Positions 38,385-48,415 of a DNA stretch of 64,000 nt are shown here, piece by piece (position 1 is the first letter of the stretch; the number at the start of each line of letters is the position of its first letter). The notes under the pieces were generated by a model. That model was not told where the DNA came from and did no database searches. It was given only the letters and a program-made list of their open reading frames with translations. Source of the DNA: a virus; IMG/VR virus record IMGVR_UViG_3300026183_000930, positions 60,222 to 124,221 of that record. The stretch is one strand, 5' to 3'. A program made the position numbers and the translations under genes.

Positions 38385-38513
38385 TTTTTTATATACCTTT
38401 GTTAACAATATCAATGATATTATTTATAGATATTTATGATTTATTTTAAATATTCAACAACAACAGAGCTGAGATCCATAATAACATCAGAAATAAAACC
38501 GGCTTTGGATTTA

Positions 38514-38966
38514 TCATACTTTTTTACCTGCTGTTTTTAGATCTTCTCTTGCCACTACCATGTACGGGCCTTTGTTGTATGCTGGTGCAATAGAATACTG
38601 CTTACTGATTTCAAGACGTTCTTGTACTTCTTTCCATGATGATCTTGAACTTCTATAGTATTTGGCTTTGGGTTCTGGTAATTGTGTTGTGACTGATATT
38701 TTAGGATTAGGCAGTGCTTCTGTTGATTCTGCAACATAGATTGGCTTTTTAGGGGTTGCTTTGGCTTTGTAACAACCAAAACAATAGTCTATGTATTCTT
38801 TTAAGCTCATTTGCATATGACTACATTTTATCTGTCTCATATACTTGTTGTGCTCACGCATCATTTTTTCATACTTTTTGATTTGATTATCAGAAAGTTT
38901 GTTTCTTTTGCTTTTTGGCTTTTTGAGATTAAGAGTTGTCAGCCCTTGTTCCAGATGCATTGTCAT
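38514..38966 (-). CDS. Basic hypothetical protein
   Basis: 150 aa with a C-terminal APAYNKGPY. Confidence 0.55.
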   Translation of the reverse strand: MTMHLEQGLTTLNLKKPKSKRNKLSDNQIKKYEKMMREHNKYMRQIKCSHMQMSLKEYIDYCFGCYKAKATPKKPIYVAESTEALPNPKISVTTQLPEPKAKYYRSSRSSWKEVQERLEISKQYSIAPAYNKGPYMVVAREDLKTAGKKV

Positions 38967-39678
38967 TTTTTTGTCTTTCTAAAATAATACTGTTTACTTT
39001 TTTCATAAAATCAGTGTCAGCAGGTTCATAATCTGATCTATCTAAAATTTTAGTCATAATATACCAATCGTATGGTTCTTTTATTTCTTTGTCTGGTTGT
39101 TCTTGGTTTTTAAGTTTTAAATCATATGTGTTGCTGATATAATCAAAACCAGCTCTAAGCATCAACGATCCCCATTGTTTTTTGCCCATCACTGAGTAAT
39201 GATTAGGCCAATGTTCTAAGTTACGATCTGTTAATTCCGGAGTGGGCATTTCAATGTAAACTCTGCTGTCCATTTTCATAATTCTATTAAATTCTAACAG
39301 AGTCAAGTATGGCCAAACTGAATGTTCTAAACAGTGTCTCACAATCATCCAATCAATACTGTTGCTTTCAAAATTTGTAAAACTCATATCACAATTATGA
39401 GCAGTGTATCCTTTACTTTTCACTGTGTTAAAATCATTTTCACTATATGTAACTGCAATTAAATCTTTTTTGTCTAATCCAAGTTCTACTAATTGATCTA
39501 GCATGAAGCCAGAACCACTTCCCATATCTACTAGGGTTTGTCCTTTTTTTGGACCATCAGGTCTTTGAAATAAATCTTTTGATACTTGCTTTATGATTTT
39601 CATATGCAAAGGAGAATCTTCTTCTGAATAAACTTCCTTTGAAATCATTTCATAAAATTTTTTTATTTGTTGTTCCAT
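38929..39678 (-). CDS. Class I SAM-dependent methyltransferase
   Basis: VDMGSGSG, HCLEH, EFNRIMK. Confidence 0.78.
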   Translation of the reverse strand: MEQQIKKFYEMISKEVYSEEDSPLHMKIIKQVSKDLFQRPDGPKKGQTLVDMGSGSGFMLDQLVELGLDKKDLIAVTYSENDFNTVKSKGYTAHNCDMSFTNFESNSIDWMIVRHCLEHSVWPYLTLLEFNRIMKMDSRVYIEMPTPELTDRNLEHWPNHYSVMGKKQWGSLMLRAGFDYISNTYDLKLKNQEQPDKEIKEPYDWYIMTKILDRSDYEPADTDFMKKVNSIILERQKNDNASGTRADNS

Positions 39679-39692
39679 TATTTTTCCTTTTT

Positions 39693-39767
39693 TGGAGCGG
39701 GCGATCGGGGTCGAACCGACGACCTATTCGTTGGCAACGAATCGCTCTACCACTGAGCTACGCCCGC
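39693..39767 (-). tRNA. tRNA-Gly(GCC)
   Basis: GCGGGCGTAGCTCAGTGGTAGAGC...TTGCCAA...GGTTCGACCC...CTCCA; encoded CCA. Confidence 0.95.
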
Positions 39768-39780
39768 CTAACTGTTTAAC

Positions 39781-39808
39781 AGTATAACACATAGTACTTA
39801 TAAGTCAA
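39781..39808 (-). promoter_or_regulatory. Sigma70-type promoter for tRNA-Gly
   Basis: TTGACT-N16-TATACT. Confidence 0.5.
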
Positions 39809-39905
39809 GTAAAAACTGTATATCAATGTATAAATGTGGAAAATCAACTATTTTTTTGGATTAATCAAAGCCTCTCTTCTAAGATGGCTACTAATATTAT
39901 TTATC

Positions 39906-40511
39906 CTAAAACAAATTCATATCAAAATTTAAAACGGTAGCAACCAAGTGTACTCTATCTTCTTCTCCACCATTAAATGCATTATGATATTTTGTGTTGT
40001 CAGTTACCCAAACATGACCATCTGCTGGCATGTGATGAACTACTTTGTCAACACACATTCTTGCTCCATAGTTTGTAACTATGGGTATATGTATTCTAGG
40101 CTCTGGATCTCTATGCCAACTCAATGTGGTTCTTGGTAACTTCCATAACAATCTAATTCTACCAATCTGATATTTTTTACACAAAGTATCATATACATAC
40201 TTGAAATATGTATCTTCAAAAAGTTTTACAAACTGACTGTACTTTGTTTCATCTATTGGTTCTTCACGTTGCACTTCATTGTAAGTGCTGTCTGGTTTAG
40301 TCCAAAACAATCCTCTCACATTACCGCCTGTGATTGAATTTGGATCACCTGGTATTTGTGTCAAACAGATTGCATTGATATCTCTTTCACCCAATGGCGA
40401 CTGTCTTGCCACTCTTGAATCTACTTCTGCTAATGCTGATTGCAACTTTTTTATATCAAAATATATATCTGGATCTTGATAAAAGCCTTTTGGCCAAACA
40501 CTAGACATCAA
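39906..40511 (-). CDS. 2OG-Fe(II) oxygenase (Asp/Asn beta-hydroxylase-like)
   Basis: LSWHRD...RIHIP...HNAFN...RVHL. Confidence 0.75.
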   Translation of the reverse strand: MMSSVWPKGFYQDPDIYFDIKKLQSALAEVDSRVARQSPLGERDINAICLTQIPGDPNSITGGNVRGLFWTKPDSTYNEVQREEPIDETKYSQFVKLFEDTYFKYVYDTLCKKYQIGRIRLLWKLPRTTLSWHRDPEPRIHIPIVTNYGARMCVDKVVHHMPADGHVWVTDNTKYHNAFNGGEEDRVHLVATVLNFDMNLF

Positions 40512-41871
40512 ACTTAATACCTTGTGCTAACGGCAATGACTTTCCATAGTTAATTGTGACTGTGCTTCTACGCATATATTGTTTCCAAGCATCTGATCCA
40601 GACTCACGACCACCACCTGTGTCTTTTTCACCACCAAAGGCTCCGCCAATCTCAGCACCACTTGGGCCAATGTTGACATTAACAATACCACAATCAGAAC
40701 CAGTTGCTGATGTAAACGTTTCTGCTTCTTGTACATTATCAGTGAATATACAAGAACTCAAACCTTGTGGTACACTGTTTTGTATTTCAATTGCTTCTTC
40801 TAAAGTATTATATTTCATAACATACAATATTGGTGCAAAAGTTTCAGTTTTTATAATATCACATTGTTCTGTGGCTTCAACTATTGCTGGGTTCACAAAT
40901 GAATCACCTAACGCAGGTAATGGTTCTCCGCCATACACTGTGTAATTTTTTTCTTTACACTCTTTTAAAACTGTCTGCATAGTTTTCAAAGACTCTTTGT
41001 TTATCAAAGGACCTACTAAATTCTTTTTATCTAAAGGATCACCAATTAGTAAACTTGCATATGATTTTTTTAATCGTTCTAACAGTTCATCATATTTAGA
41101 CCAATGCACAATTAATCTTCTTAATGTAGTACATCTTTGACCACATGTACCTACAGCACTGAACACAATAGCTCTAACTGCCAAATCTAAATTTGCATGT
41201 TCAGACACTATCATTGCATTGTTACCACCAAGTTCATATAAACCTTTGCCCATTCTTTCTGCTACCAACGGTGCTAAAGTTTTACCCATTTGTGTTGACC
41301 CTGTAGCACTTAACAAATTAATTCTTTTATCTTGTGCCATCCATTTTGCTTCCACATCATGACCTGTTATGATCTGCATTAAATCTTTTTGATACTGTTC
41401 GTCACACACACTGTCCCAAATTGATTTGCATAACATTGAAACTTTCATTGTTTTTGGAGAAGGTTTCCATAAAACACTATTACCACAAACAATTGCCAAA
41501 CAAAGATTCCATCCCCAAACTGCCACTGGAAAATTAAAAGCAGTGATCACACCAACCACTCCAATTGGGTTCCACACTTCTTGCAGTTTGTGTTCATTTC
41601 TTTCTGATGGCATTGTTTTACCGTACAGTTGTCTTGATAAACCAACTGCAAAATCACACATGTCTATGACTTCTTGTGCTTCACCAACACCTTCAATAAA
41701 AATTTTTCTACTTTCAAGTGTGATGCCTTTTCCTACCTCGTCAAGTCTTTCTCTTAATTTATTACCAAATTTTCTTATTAGTTCTCCACGACTTGGAGCA
41801 GGAACTGTTTTCCATTGTTTTTGAGATGCAATTGATTTTTCAATTGTGCTTGTATAATCTTTTACGTTCAC
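40501..41871 (-). CDS. ALDH7-family aldehyde dehydrogenase (aminoadipate-semialdehyde/P6C dehydrogenase)
   Basis: ITAFNFPVAV, ELGGNNA, GQRCTT, ETFAP, GAEIGGAFGGEK.TGGGRESGSDAWKQY. Confidence 0.9.
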   Translation of the reverse strand: MNVKDYTSTIEKSIASQKQWKTVPAPSRGELIRKFGNKLRERLDEVGKGITLESRKIFIEGVGEAQEVIDMCDFAVGLSRQLYGKTMPSERNEHKLQEVWNPIGVVGVITAFNFPVAVWGWNLCLAIVCGNSVLWKPSPKTMKVSMLCKSIWDSVCDEQYQKDLMQIITGHDVEAKWMAQDKRINLLSATGSTQMGKTLAPLVAERMGKGLYELGGNNAMIVSEHANLDLAVRAIVFSAVGTCGQRCTTLRRLIVHWSKYDELLERLKKSYASLLIGDPLDKKNLVGPLINKESLKTMQTVLKECKEKNYTVYGGEPLPALGDSFVNPAIVEATEQCDIIKTETFAPILYVMKYNTLEEAIEIQNSVPQGLSSCIFTDNVQEAETFTSATGSDCGIVNVNIGPSGAEIGGAFGGEKDTGGGRESGSDAWKQYMRRSTVTINYGKSLPLAQGIKFDV

Positions 41872-42896
41872 AGATATACCTTTCCAAATTTATTGTTTGT
41901 AAATATTTTGTAGTCAATACTTTCTTGTGATATAAAACCTTCACCTACAAGTTCATTATTTGCATAGGCAGTGACAACTGAACATACTCCTGATGCTGTT
42001 GTTCTTTGTATAGCACTGTGTCCATCTTCACCATATATTTTTTTTGACCAAGTCTTTTCTAAAAGTTTGCCGTCTTTGTATCCAATTACTGATATTAACA
42101 TGACAACAACATCTGAGGTTGTATAAGGAACTTCTTGATCAAACAGATCTACAAATTTTTTCTTGTTGTGTCTTAAATTTAAATCATCTAATAAAAACTT
42201 CATCGATGCCTGATGACCTGGGTACCTAATAGTTTTATAACTTAAAGATTTTACTTTGTCAGCAAATGTTACACACATTGATGCTGAACCACCTGAAGTA
42301 TTAAATGCTTCATACCTGTCACCATCAATATAAATTTGTTCTAATCCATCTAATGGCTGAGTTTTAATATGCTTGTGGTTTGATAAGACATCACAGTCAT
42401 TCACATACTCATTGATTAATCCATCAGTTGACCATGTCAAATAATATGCCATAGCATTTGTTGGATATTTTGGTAATGCACCTACTCGCATTTTTACTTT
42501 GTCAACAGTGTCAAATTTTTTAATTAGATCTGATGCAATAATATTAACTGCACCCGGAGCCAATCCACACTGTGGCATCATAAAAGTTTTAGTGTTTAAT
42601 TTTCTAATGTGTTCTGAAACTTCTGTGTCTTCAGTTAGATCAAAATATGCTGTATCACAAATAGCACACATATCAGCAATACCTATATTCAAATGATACA
42701 GTGTTGCTGAAATAATAATATCTTTTTTTTCTACAAAACTTTTTAATTCTGTTTGATTTGATGCATCTAACACTGTGTTGTCAATATCTGTTTTTACCAC
42801 ATCTGTTATTTCAACATCAAATCCATGGTCACATAGATATTGATAAATTGTTTTACCAATTTTTCCAGCACCAATTATTCCTATTAACTTTGACAT
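41868..42896 (-). CDS. Saccharopine dehydrogenase family / lysine 6-dehydrogenase
   Basis: GAGKIG, CGLAPG, VGALP, TWS.DGLINEY, YKTIRYPGH. Confidence 0.82.
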   Translation of the reverse strand: MSKLIGIIGAGKIGKTIYQYLCDHGFDVEITDVVKTDIDNTVLDASNQTELKSFVEKKDIIISATLYHLNIGIADMCAICDTAYFDLTEDTEVSEHIRKLNTKTFMMPQCGLAPGAVNIIASDLIKKFDTVDKVKMRVGALPKYPTNAMAYYLTWSTDGLINEYVNDCDVLSNHKHIKTQPLDGLEQIYIDGDRYEAFNTSGGSASMCVTFADKVKSLSYKTIRYPGHQASMKFLLDDLNLRHNKKKFVDLFDQEVPYTTSDVVVMLISVIGYKDGKLLEKTWSKKIYGEDGHSAIQRTTASGVCSVVTAYANNELVGEGFISQESIDYKIFTNNKFGKVYL

Positions 42897-42937
42897 TTAT
42901 TGTCCTTTTTGTTAATTATTGTATTAACGTTATTTAT

Positions 42938-43171
42938 CTACTTTTTTTCTTTAATATTTTTAAGTGTTTTTACTTTGGTTCGTAATCTAATTAGATCATT
43001 GTCAAGCATTCTTACTCTGTCAATTAATTTGATTAATGTGCCTGATGCAGATCCTAATTTTGGTTTAATTTCATTCACAATATACTTGTACAAATAAAAT
43101 ATAAAATAAGCCAAAAAGAATACTGCCACAATTGGAAATCCATAATAGTTTATTAATTCTACAATATTCAT
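42938..43171 (-). CDS. Small TM plus coiled-coil protein
   Basis: GFPIVA TM then LIDRVRMLDND; paralog-like to its neighbour. Confidence 0.55.
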   Translation of the reverse strand: MNIVELINYYGFPIVAVFFLAYFIFYLYKYIVNEIKPKLGSASGTLIKLIDRVRMLDNDLIRLRTKVKTLKNIKEKK

Positions 43172-43449
43172 TAGTCTTTCCTTGCGTCTTCTTTGCCATC
43201 TGCTCTGGCTATTCTATCTGTATCAACTGGTAAGCCAAGTTGTTCTGAAACTTCATTGTCAATTTTAAGTATATCATTGTTCATTGTTTTTATTCTATTA
43301 TCTAATTGTTCTGCAACTGTTTCAATGAATTTGATTGATGACACAATACTACTTAGAATGTAATTTATAACAATCATTATAAAAACGCCAGATGCTACTG
43401 CGGCCGCTATAGGCAACCCTAAATCAGCAATAACTGTCCAAAAGTCCAT
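43171..43449 (-). CDS. Small TM plus coiled-coil protein
   Basis: GLPIAA TM then LDNRIKTMNND. Confidence 0.55.
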   Translation of the reverse strand: MDFWTVIADLGLPIAAAVASGVFIMIVINYILSSIVSSIKFIETVAEQLDNRIKTMNNDILKIDNEVSEQLGLPVDTDRIARADGKEDARKD

Positions 43450-43464
43450 GTTTTAAATACGCAA

Positions 43465-45492
43465 TTATTTTGTAGTTGCTACGTATACTCCATTCCAAGT
43501 TTTAATTTTTTGTTGCTCCATATTAATTATTCTTTGAAGCATTACATTATAGTACTTATCCAATATTTGAGGATATCGAGTTGTAATTTGTTCAATTTGT
43601 TGTCTAGCATTTATCCATTGTGCATTTCTATAAAACTTCAAAAAATCATTGTGTTTATTAAAAAATTCACTATCAACACTTTCAAATAATACTGTGTATA
43701 TAGTTACTGGTTCTGTTTTACCTTTGACTGCTATCATATCTAACTCAATAAATTTATATGCATCTGATACTGATGTTTCGCCTACTAATAATGTTAATCC
43801 GTATTCTTTACTTTGTCCTTCTAAACGTGCCGCTAAATTGACTGCATCGCCAAGAACACTGTAATCAAATCTTTGGTTTGAGCCCATATTGCCAACAACA
43901 ACACTACCAGTATTAATACCAATACCAATCTTAATTGGTAAGAGACCTTCATTTTCCAATTCCTTGTTAAGTTTTGCTAATGCTACAAACATTTCATTGG
44001 CAGTTTTGATTGCTAATTGTTTTTGTTGAGGGACGTCTAATGGTGCATTCCAAAACGCCATAAGAGCGTCACCAATGTACTTGTCAACAGTTCCATCATT
44101 TTTCATAACAATGTCCGTCATTGGTGTCATATATCTATTAATAAGTTTTGTCAATCCTTGTGGATCTGTTTTATATTGTTCACTAATTGGAGTAAATCCT
44201 CTTATGTCACTAAACAATATTGTTAATTCTCTTGTGTCTCCACCAAGTTTTAGTAACTCTGGATTCTTTTGTAATTTTTTAACCATAGCAGGTGCCAAAT
44301 AATGTTCAAATTGTTTTTTGATTTGTTGTTTGAGTTGAAACTCTTTTACAAATCTATTAAACACTGCATGAAACGAAACTATTGTGGTTACTAATAGTAT
44401 CCAACTCACATCCCATAACTGTAGATGTCTTGTGAACACAAAGTACGAAGCATAACTTGAGCCTGCCCATAACAAAACTATCGCCGCACCTGTTAACCAA
44501 TATGGTGCAAACGCCGCCATTACAATTAATAATACTGCTAATATACCTGCTGTGACATATTCAACAAATGTTGCATAGTCTGTTCGTACTATAGAGTCAC
44601 CATTTATAATTGTTTGTAAACTCACTGCTATTGGAGTGTGACTGTATGCTTCACCGTTGGGTGTTGCTATGATAGATCCTATTCCTTCTGCTGTGATACC
44701 AAGTATCACAGTTTTGCCTTGTACAGATTCAAAACTGTCTGTAACACTTATTGTTTCAAACTGTTTGTTCCAACGCAACCATATCTGTCCGTTGGCATCT
44801 GTGTTGATTACAGGATATCCAGGAACACGAACTGCTTGTACACCACCTGGTCCTGCTTTGACTTGATAACTTGGAGCACCTGTGGCCACACGTATTGTTT
44901 CAATGGCTATGGCAGGATACGTTTCACTATCAACTGTAACAATCAAAGGCACACGTCTTACCACACCATCAATTTCTGGTGCTGTGTTGATTACACCTAC
45001 ACCGTCTGCATTTAATCCAAACAGTTCTATAGGTCCCAACATACCTGGCCATTCAAACAACCAAGACAGCGGATCACCTATTTTGGCAACACCTCTTGGC
45101 ACAGCATTACGATTGGTTTGTGTTGTGCCTACCTGTGCTATAACAACACCATTTTGAACCAGTGCTTCTGCAAGATCCATGTCGCCACCCAGTCTGTCTT
45201 GTTCTGAAAACAGTATAGGTAAAATAATAAGTCCTGCACCTGCTTCACGCAACTGCCATATGATGTCTGCTATAACTGTTCGTTTCCATGGCCATTGTCC
45301 ATATTGTTCAATTGACTTTTCATCTAGTTCAACTATCACAACGTCATTGCTGACAGTTGGTGCATCATATTTTTGAATTAGATCAAATGTTTTTAGCCTG
45401 GCAGTTTGTTTTACAAAAGGATCCGAAAACCCCCACAGCATCAAACCTGTCAGTGTTAAAAATGCTACTGCCCAGTGTGTTAAGTATTTCAT
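43465..45492 (-). CDS. CHASE2-sensor class III adenylate cyclase
   Basis: CHASE2 (GQWPWKR, DGVVRRVPL), three TMs, FSDIRGFT, DKYIGD, DYSVLGDAVNLAARLE. Confidence 0.92.
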   Translation of the reverse strand: MKYLTHWAVAFLTLTGLMLWGFSDPFVKQTARLKTFDLIQKYDAPTVSNDVVIVELDEKSIEQYGQWPWKRTVIADIIWQLREAGAGLIILPILFSEQDRLGGDMDLAEALVQNGVVIAQVGTTQTNRNAVPRGVAKIGDPLSWLFEWPGMLGPIELFGLNADGVGVINTAPEIDGVVRRVPLIVTVDSETYPAIAIETIRVATGAPSYQVKAGPGGVQAVRVPGYPVINTDANGQIWLRWNKQFETISVTDSFESVQGKTVILGITAEGIGSIIATPNGEAYSHTPIAVSLQTIINGDSIVRTDYATFVEYVTAGILAVLLIVMAAFAPYWLTGAAIVLLWAGSSYASYFVFTRHLQLWDVSWILLVTTIVSFHAVFNRFVKEFQLKQQIKKQFEHYLAPAMVKKLQKNPELLKLGGDTRELTILFSDIRGFTPISEQYKTDPQGLTKLINRYMTPMTDIVMKNDGTVDKYIGDALMAFWNAPLDVPQQKQLAIKTANEMFVALAKLNKELENEGLLPIKIGIGINTGSVVVGNMGSNQRFDYSVLGDAVNLAARLEGQSKEYGLTLLVGETSVSDAYKFIELDMIAVKGKTEPVTIYTVLFESVDSEFFNKHNDFLKFYRNAQWINARQQIEQITTRYPQILDKYYNVMLQRIINMEQQKIKTWNGVYVATTK

Positions 45493-45493
45493 A

Positions 45494-45820
45494 CTATCCT
45501 ATTAGTACTAGTGTTGCTTCACCTGAAATTAAACTGACTAACACACTTACAATTAACCAAACCAAAAGTGTATAACCAACCCACCAATACCATTTTTTAC
45601 CTGTTAAGAATTTTTTAGTTGCACGTTTTGTACCTAATGGATCTTTTGATGCCGCCCAGCCAAATACTCTGTCACTGCCTGAAAACGGAGGCGTCTTCCA
45701 CCATACCACAGGAATCATCAGCCAAAATATCCAGCCTTCTCCTGTGCCCCATGCGGCCCATATTCCTACAGCAAGTATGCCTAGCAAATACCATCCAATG
45801 TTTTGTTTTAGATGTTCCAT
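45494..45820 (-). CDS. Trp-rich membrane protein
   Basis: Start reassigned to MEHLKQ at 45820, which has TAAATA-N5-ATG. Confidence 0.55.
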   Translation of the reverse strand: MEHLKQNIGWYLLGILAVGIWAAWGTGEGWIFWLMIPVVWWKTPPFSGSDRVFGWAASKDPLGTKRATKKFLTGKKWYWWVGYTLLVWLIVSVLVSLISGEATLVLIG

Positions 45821-45840
45821 ACTAGTATTTATATGATGTT

Positions 45841-47319
45841 TTAATTTTGTGTTACTGTGGTTGTGCCACAACCTGACGAATTCACACAACTTTGTGTTAA
45901 TGAATATGTTTGATTACTGGAACCTGTTTGATCTAGATCCAGTGTTGATGAATATCCACTCATGTCAATGGTTGCTGACATGTTGCCAGAACCGTCTTGA
46001 TTTACATCTATGGTTTGATTACTGCCTGCTGTGACATCTAAAAAATGTTCTCCAGTGCCTTGTTGTATAAGATCAATGTCATTTGAAGAACCATTTATGT
46101 CTACAAACATGATCTTGTCACCATCGTCTTTTTGATCCATATACATGATATTGCTGTTGCCATCAACATCTACACTCATAAAATGACCTTCATCGCCAAC
46201 ACCCATACCATCGTTTTCCTGTAGAACACCCACTGTGTTGTAATTACCTGTGACATCAAGTATCAATCTAGAATCACCAGCATCGTCTACGTTGTCACCT
46301 TGTCTCACAGTTAAATTATTATTATTACCATTCACACCCATTAACACCACATTGTTGTCGCTGACTGAACCAGCATTGTTACCTTGTGTGATTAACACAG
46401 TGTTGTCATCACCTGATATCACAGCATCAGCAATAGTAGAACTTGTGGATGCGGTACCTGCCACAAGATTGTCATTGTCATACTGCACAATGTCCAAATC
46501 CAAATTGTCACCTGCTTGATCAATGTAGATAGCATTGCTGTTTGATGTGATGTTTCTTGTGTTGTCAACTATGGTTTGTTGTGCTGAAGTTATGCTTGAT
46601 GAGTATGTAGGTGTTGATGAATACAGGCCTTCTTGTTCCATCGTGGTTGTGAGGAACGTTGTCATGTTCGAAGTGTTGCTTATGTTTGTCTGGAACTGAT
46701 CATATCCCATGGCAACTATTATGCTACCACCGTTGGATCCATAGTCCCATTTATACCAAGTGTGCCAACTACTGCCATAGGAGTTGGATGCCATTGCTGT
46801 TCCACCCGTGGCGTTAAACAGTTGACCCGCTCCTGGCAATGTTGTTTGATATGCTGTGGCGTAATCACCCACTGTTATACTCTGCCAACACAGGTCTATG
46901 TTACAGGTGCTGGTGTTATAGGTCATGGTTCCTACACCCATCTTGTTTTCAATCAAGGACTCGATGGTGCTCTGTCTGTTGGAGGCTCCTTGTGGTGCGG
47001 CTATGATAAGTTTGCCTCCGCCACTCACATAAGTGTCATACACTGAACGACAGGTGCTACCACAGTTGGATGTGCCTGCTATGTCAATCACCAGTTCCTT
47101 GCCTGATACATCATTTGAACTTACTGAATTTGAAGTGCTACCTGTAACTGTAAAGTTTAAACTTTCAAGGTGTGACTTTAGTCGACTGTATTCAGCACCA
47201 GTGTCTGATGAGTTGTAGTATATGAATGCGTCATTGGCCTTGGCATTGTTACTAATTGCCATAAAAACAATTATGCCAAACAGTATAAAAGCCAATCTTG
47301 TTATTAATCTTTCAAACAT
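45841..47319 (-). CDS. Secreted protein with C-terminal curlin-like repeats
   Basis: Signal peptide; C-terminal half with IxQxG.xN repeats (IYIDQAGD, ITQGNN, LIQQGTG, LDQTGS). Confidence 0.7.
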   Translation of the reverse strand: MFERLITRLAFILFGIIVFMAISNNAKANDAFIYYNSSDTGAEYSRLKSHLESLNFTVTGSTSNSVSSNDVSGKELVIDIAGTSNCGSTCRSVYDTYVSGGGKLIIAAPQGASNRQSTIESLIENKMGVGTMTYNTSTCNIDLCWQSITVGDYATAYQTTLPGAGQLFNATGGTAMASNSYGSSWHTWYKWDYGSNGGSIIVAMGYDQFQTNISNTSNMTTFLTTTMEQEGLYSSTPTYSSSITSAQQTIVDNTRNITSNSNAIYIDQAGDNLDLDIVQYDNDNLVAGTASTSSTIADAVISGDDNTVLITQGNNAGSVSDNNVVLMGVNGNNNNLTVRQGDNVDDAGDSRLILDVTGNYNTVGVLQENDGMGVGDEGHFMSVDVDGNSNIMYMDQKDDGDKIMFVDINGSSNDIDLIQQGTGEHFLDVTAGSNQTIDVNQDGSGNMSATIDMSGYSSTLDLDQTGSSNQTYSLTQSCVNSSGCGTTTVTQN

Positions 47320-48413
47320 TATTTTTGTATGATGTTGATATCATTACCACCACCTTCTCCTATAATAAAATCTCTTGTAGTAAAATCATCTTGTTGTAGA
47401 TCAAGTGTGTAACTGTAATTTTTATTCAGTCTTAACTGTACCACACTGGATGATCCTTCACGTCTAAAAAACCAATTTGATCCTTGATCTAGCAATATGA
47501 TATTGCCTGGTAGTTGTCCTACTTGCTGTTGTTTTTTCACAAACACATCAGTTAGTTCACTCAAAAATTCTGCCGCTAATATTTTGTTTAATTGTGCTAG
47601 TACATCTCCCAAAAAGTCACCTGCTAAAAAATCAATGTCTAGTTCTGTTTGCCACTGTTGATCATCTTGTGCTAGTAGGTCTTGGTCTAGCACATCAATT
47701 TCTAAAAAGTCTAATCCTAATATATCTGCTACAGATCGAACAGATTGTTCATCTTCTAGATCGTTAATTTCTCTTGGTGGCGACACAATCAACAGATTGC
47801 CCAACAGTGATTCATCTATTTCTAATGTTATTGCAGGTGTGGGCCTGCGTTCTGCTACTTCAACTCTGGTGGCTTGAAATGCTTGATTTAGTATGACCTG
47901 TCCCATAGCCGAATCCACTGTGATTTCACCTACCACACAGTTGCCATTTGAATTACATGAAGGCAATAAAATAATTGTTGATCCACCCAACTCGTCTACA
48001 ATCATAGCAAAGTCTGTGCCACGCACACCAATTGTTGCTGTGGGTGTTTTTATTTTGACATTGTCTTTGTAGTCTTTGGCAATTTGACCTGATGCGTATC
48101 TCACTGTGCCCAATGCGGCTGTGAGTGTTAGTCCACCTTGATTGTTGGCTGGATCATACACAAACTCGTCTATAATAAGTTTTGAATGTTCTGTGACTTC
48201 TACTCTGGTGTCGTCAATAAAGTCAATGGCAGTTCTGCCTTGACCTGTCATTACTTCATCATAGGAAAACACATCAAGACTCTGCTCAAGATCAATTTTA
48301 GCACCATCTGTGCGTTTGATCTTGCCTTTGCCTTCTAGCTCGCTCACAGCACCAATACTGGCCTGTGCTGACCATGAGAATAAAATCAAAAATAATGATA
48401 ATATAAATTTCAC
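47319..48413 (-). CDS. FecR-domain periplasmic protein
   Basis: Signal peptide; F.DDT.V.V.E.S.L, IKTPTATIGVRGTDF. Confidence 0.8.
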   Translation of the reverse strand: MKFILSLFLILFSWSAQASIGAVSELEGKGKIKRTDGAKIDLEQSLDVFSYDEVMTGQGRTAIDFIDDTRVEVTEHSKLIIDEFVYDPANNQGGLTLTAALGTVRYASGQIAKDYKDNVKIKTPTATIGVRGTDFAMIVDELGGSTIILLPSCNSNGNCVVGEITVDSAMGQVILNQAFQATRVEVAERRPTPAITLEIDESLLGNLLIVSPPREINDLEDEQSVRSVADILGLDFLEIDVLDQDLLAQDDQQWQTELDIDFLAGDFLGDVLAQLNKILAAEFLSELTDVFVKKQQQVGQLPGNIILLDQGSNWFFRREGSSSVVQLRLNKNYSYTLDLQQDDFTTRDFIIGEGGGNDINIIQK

Positions 48414-48415
48414 AG

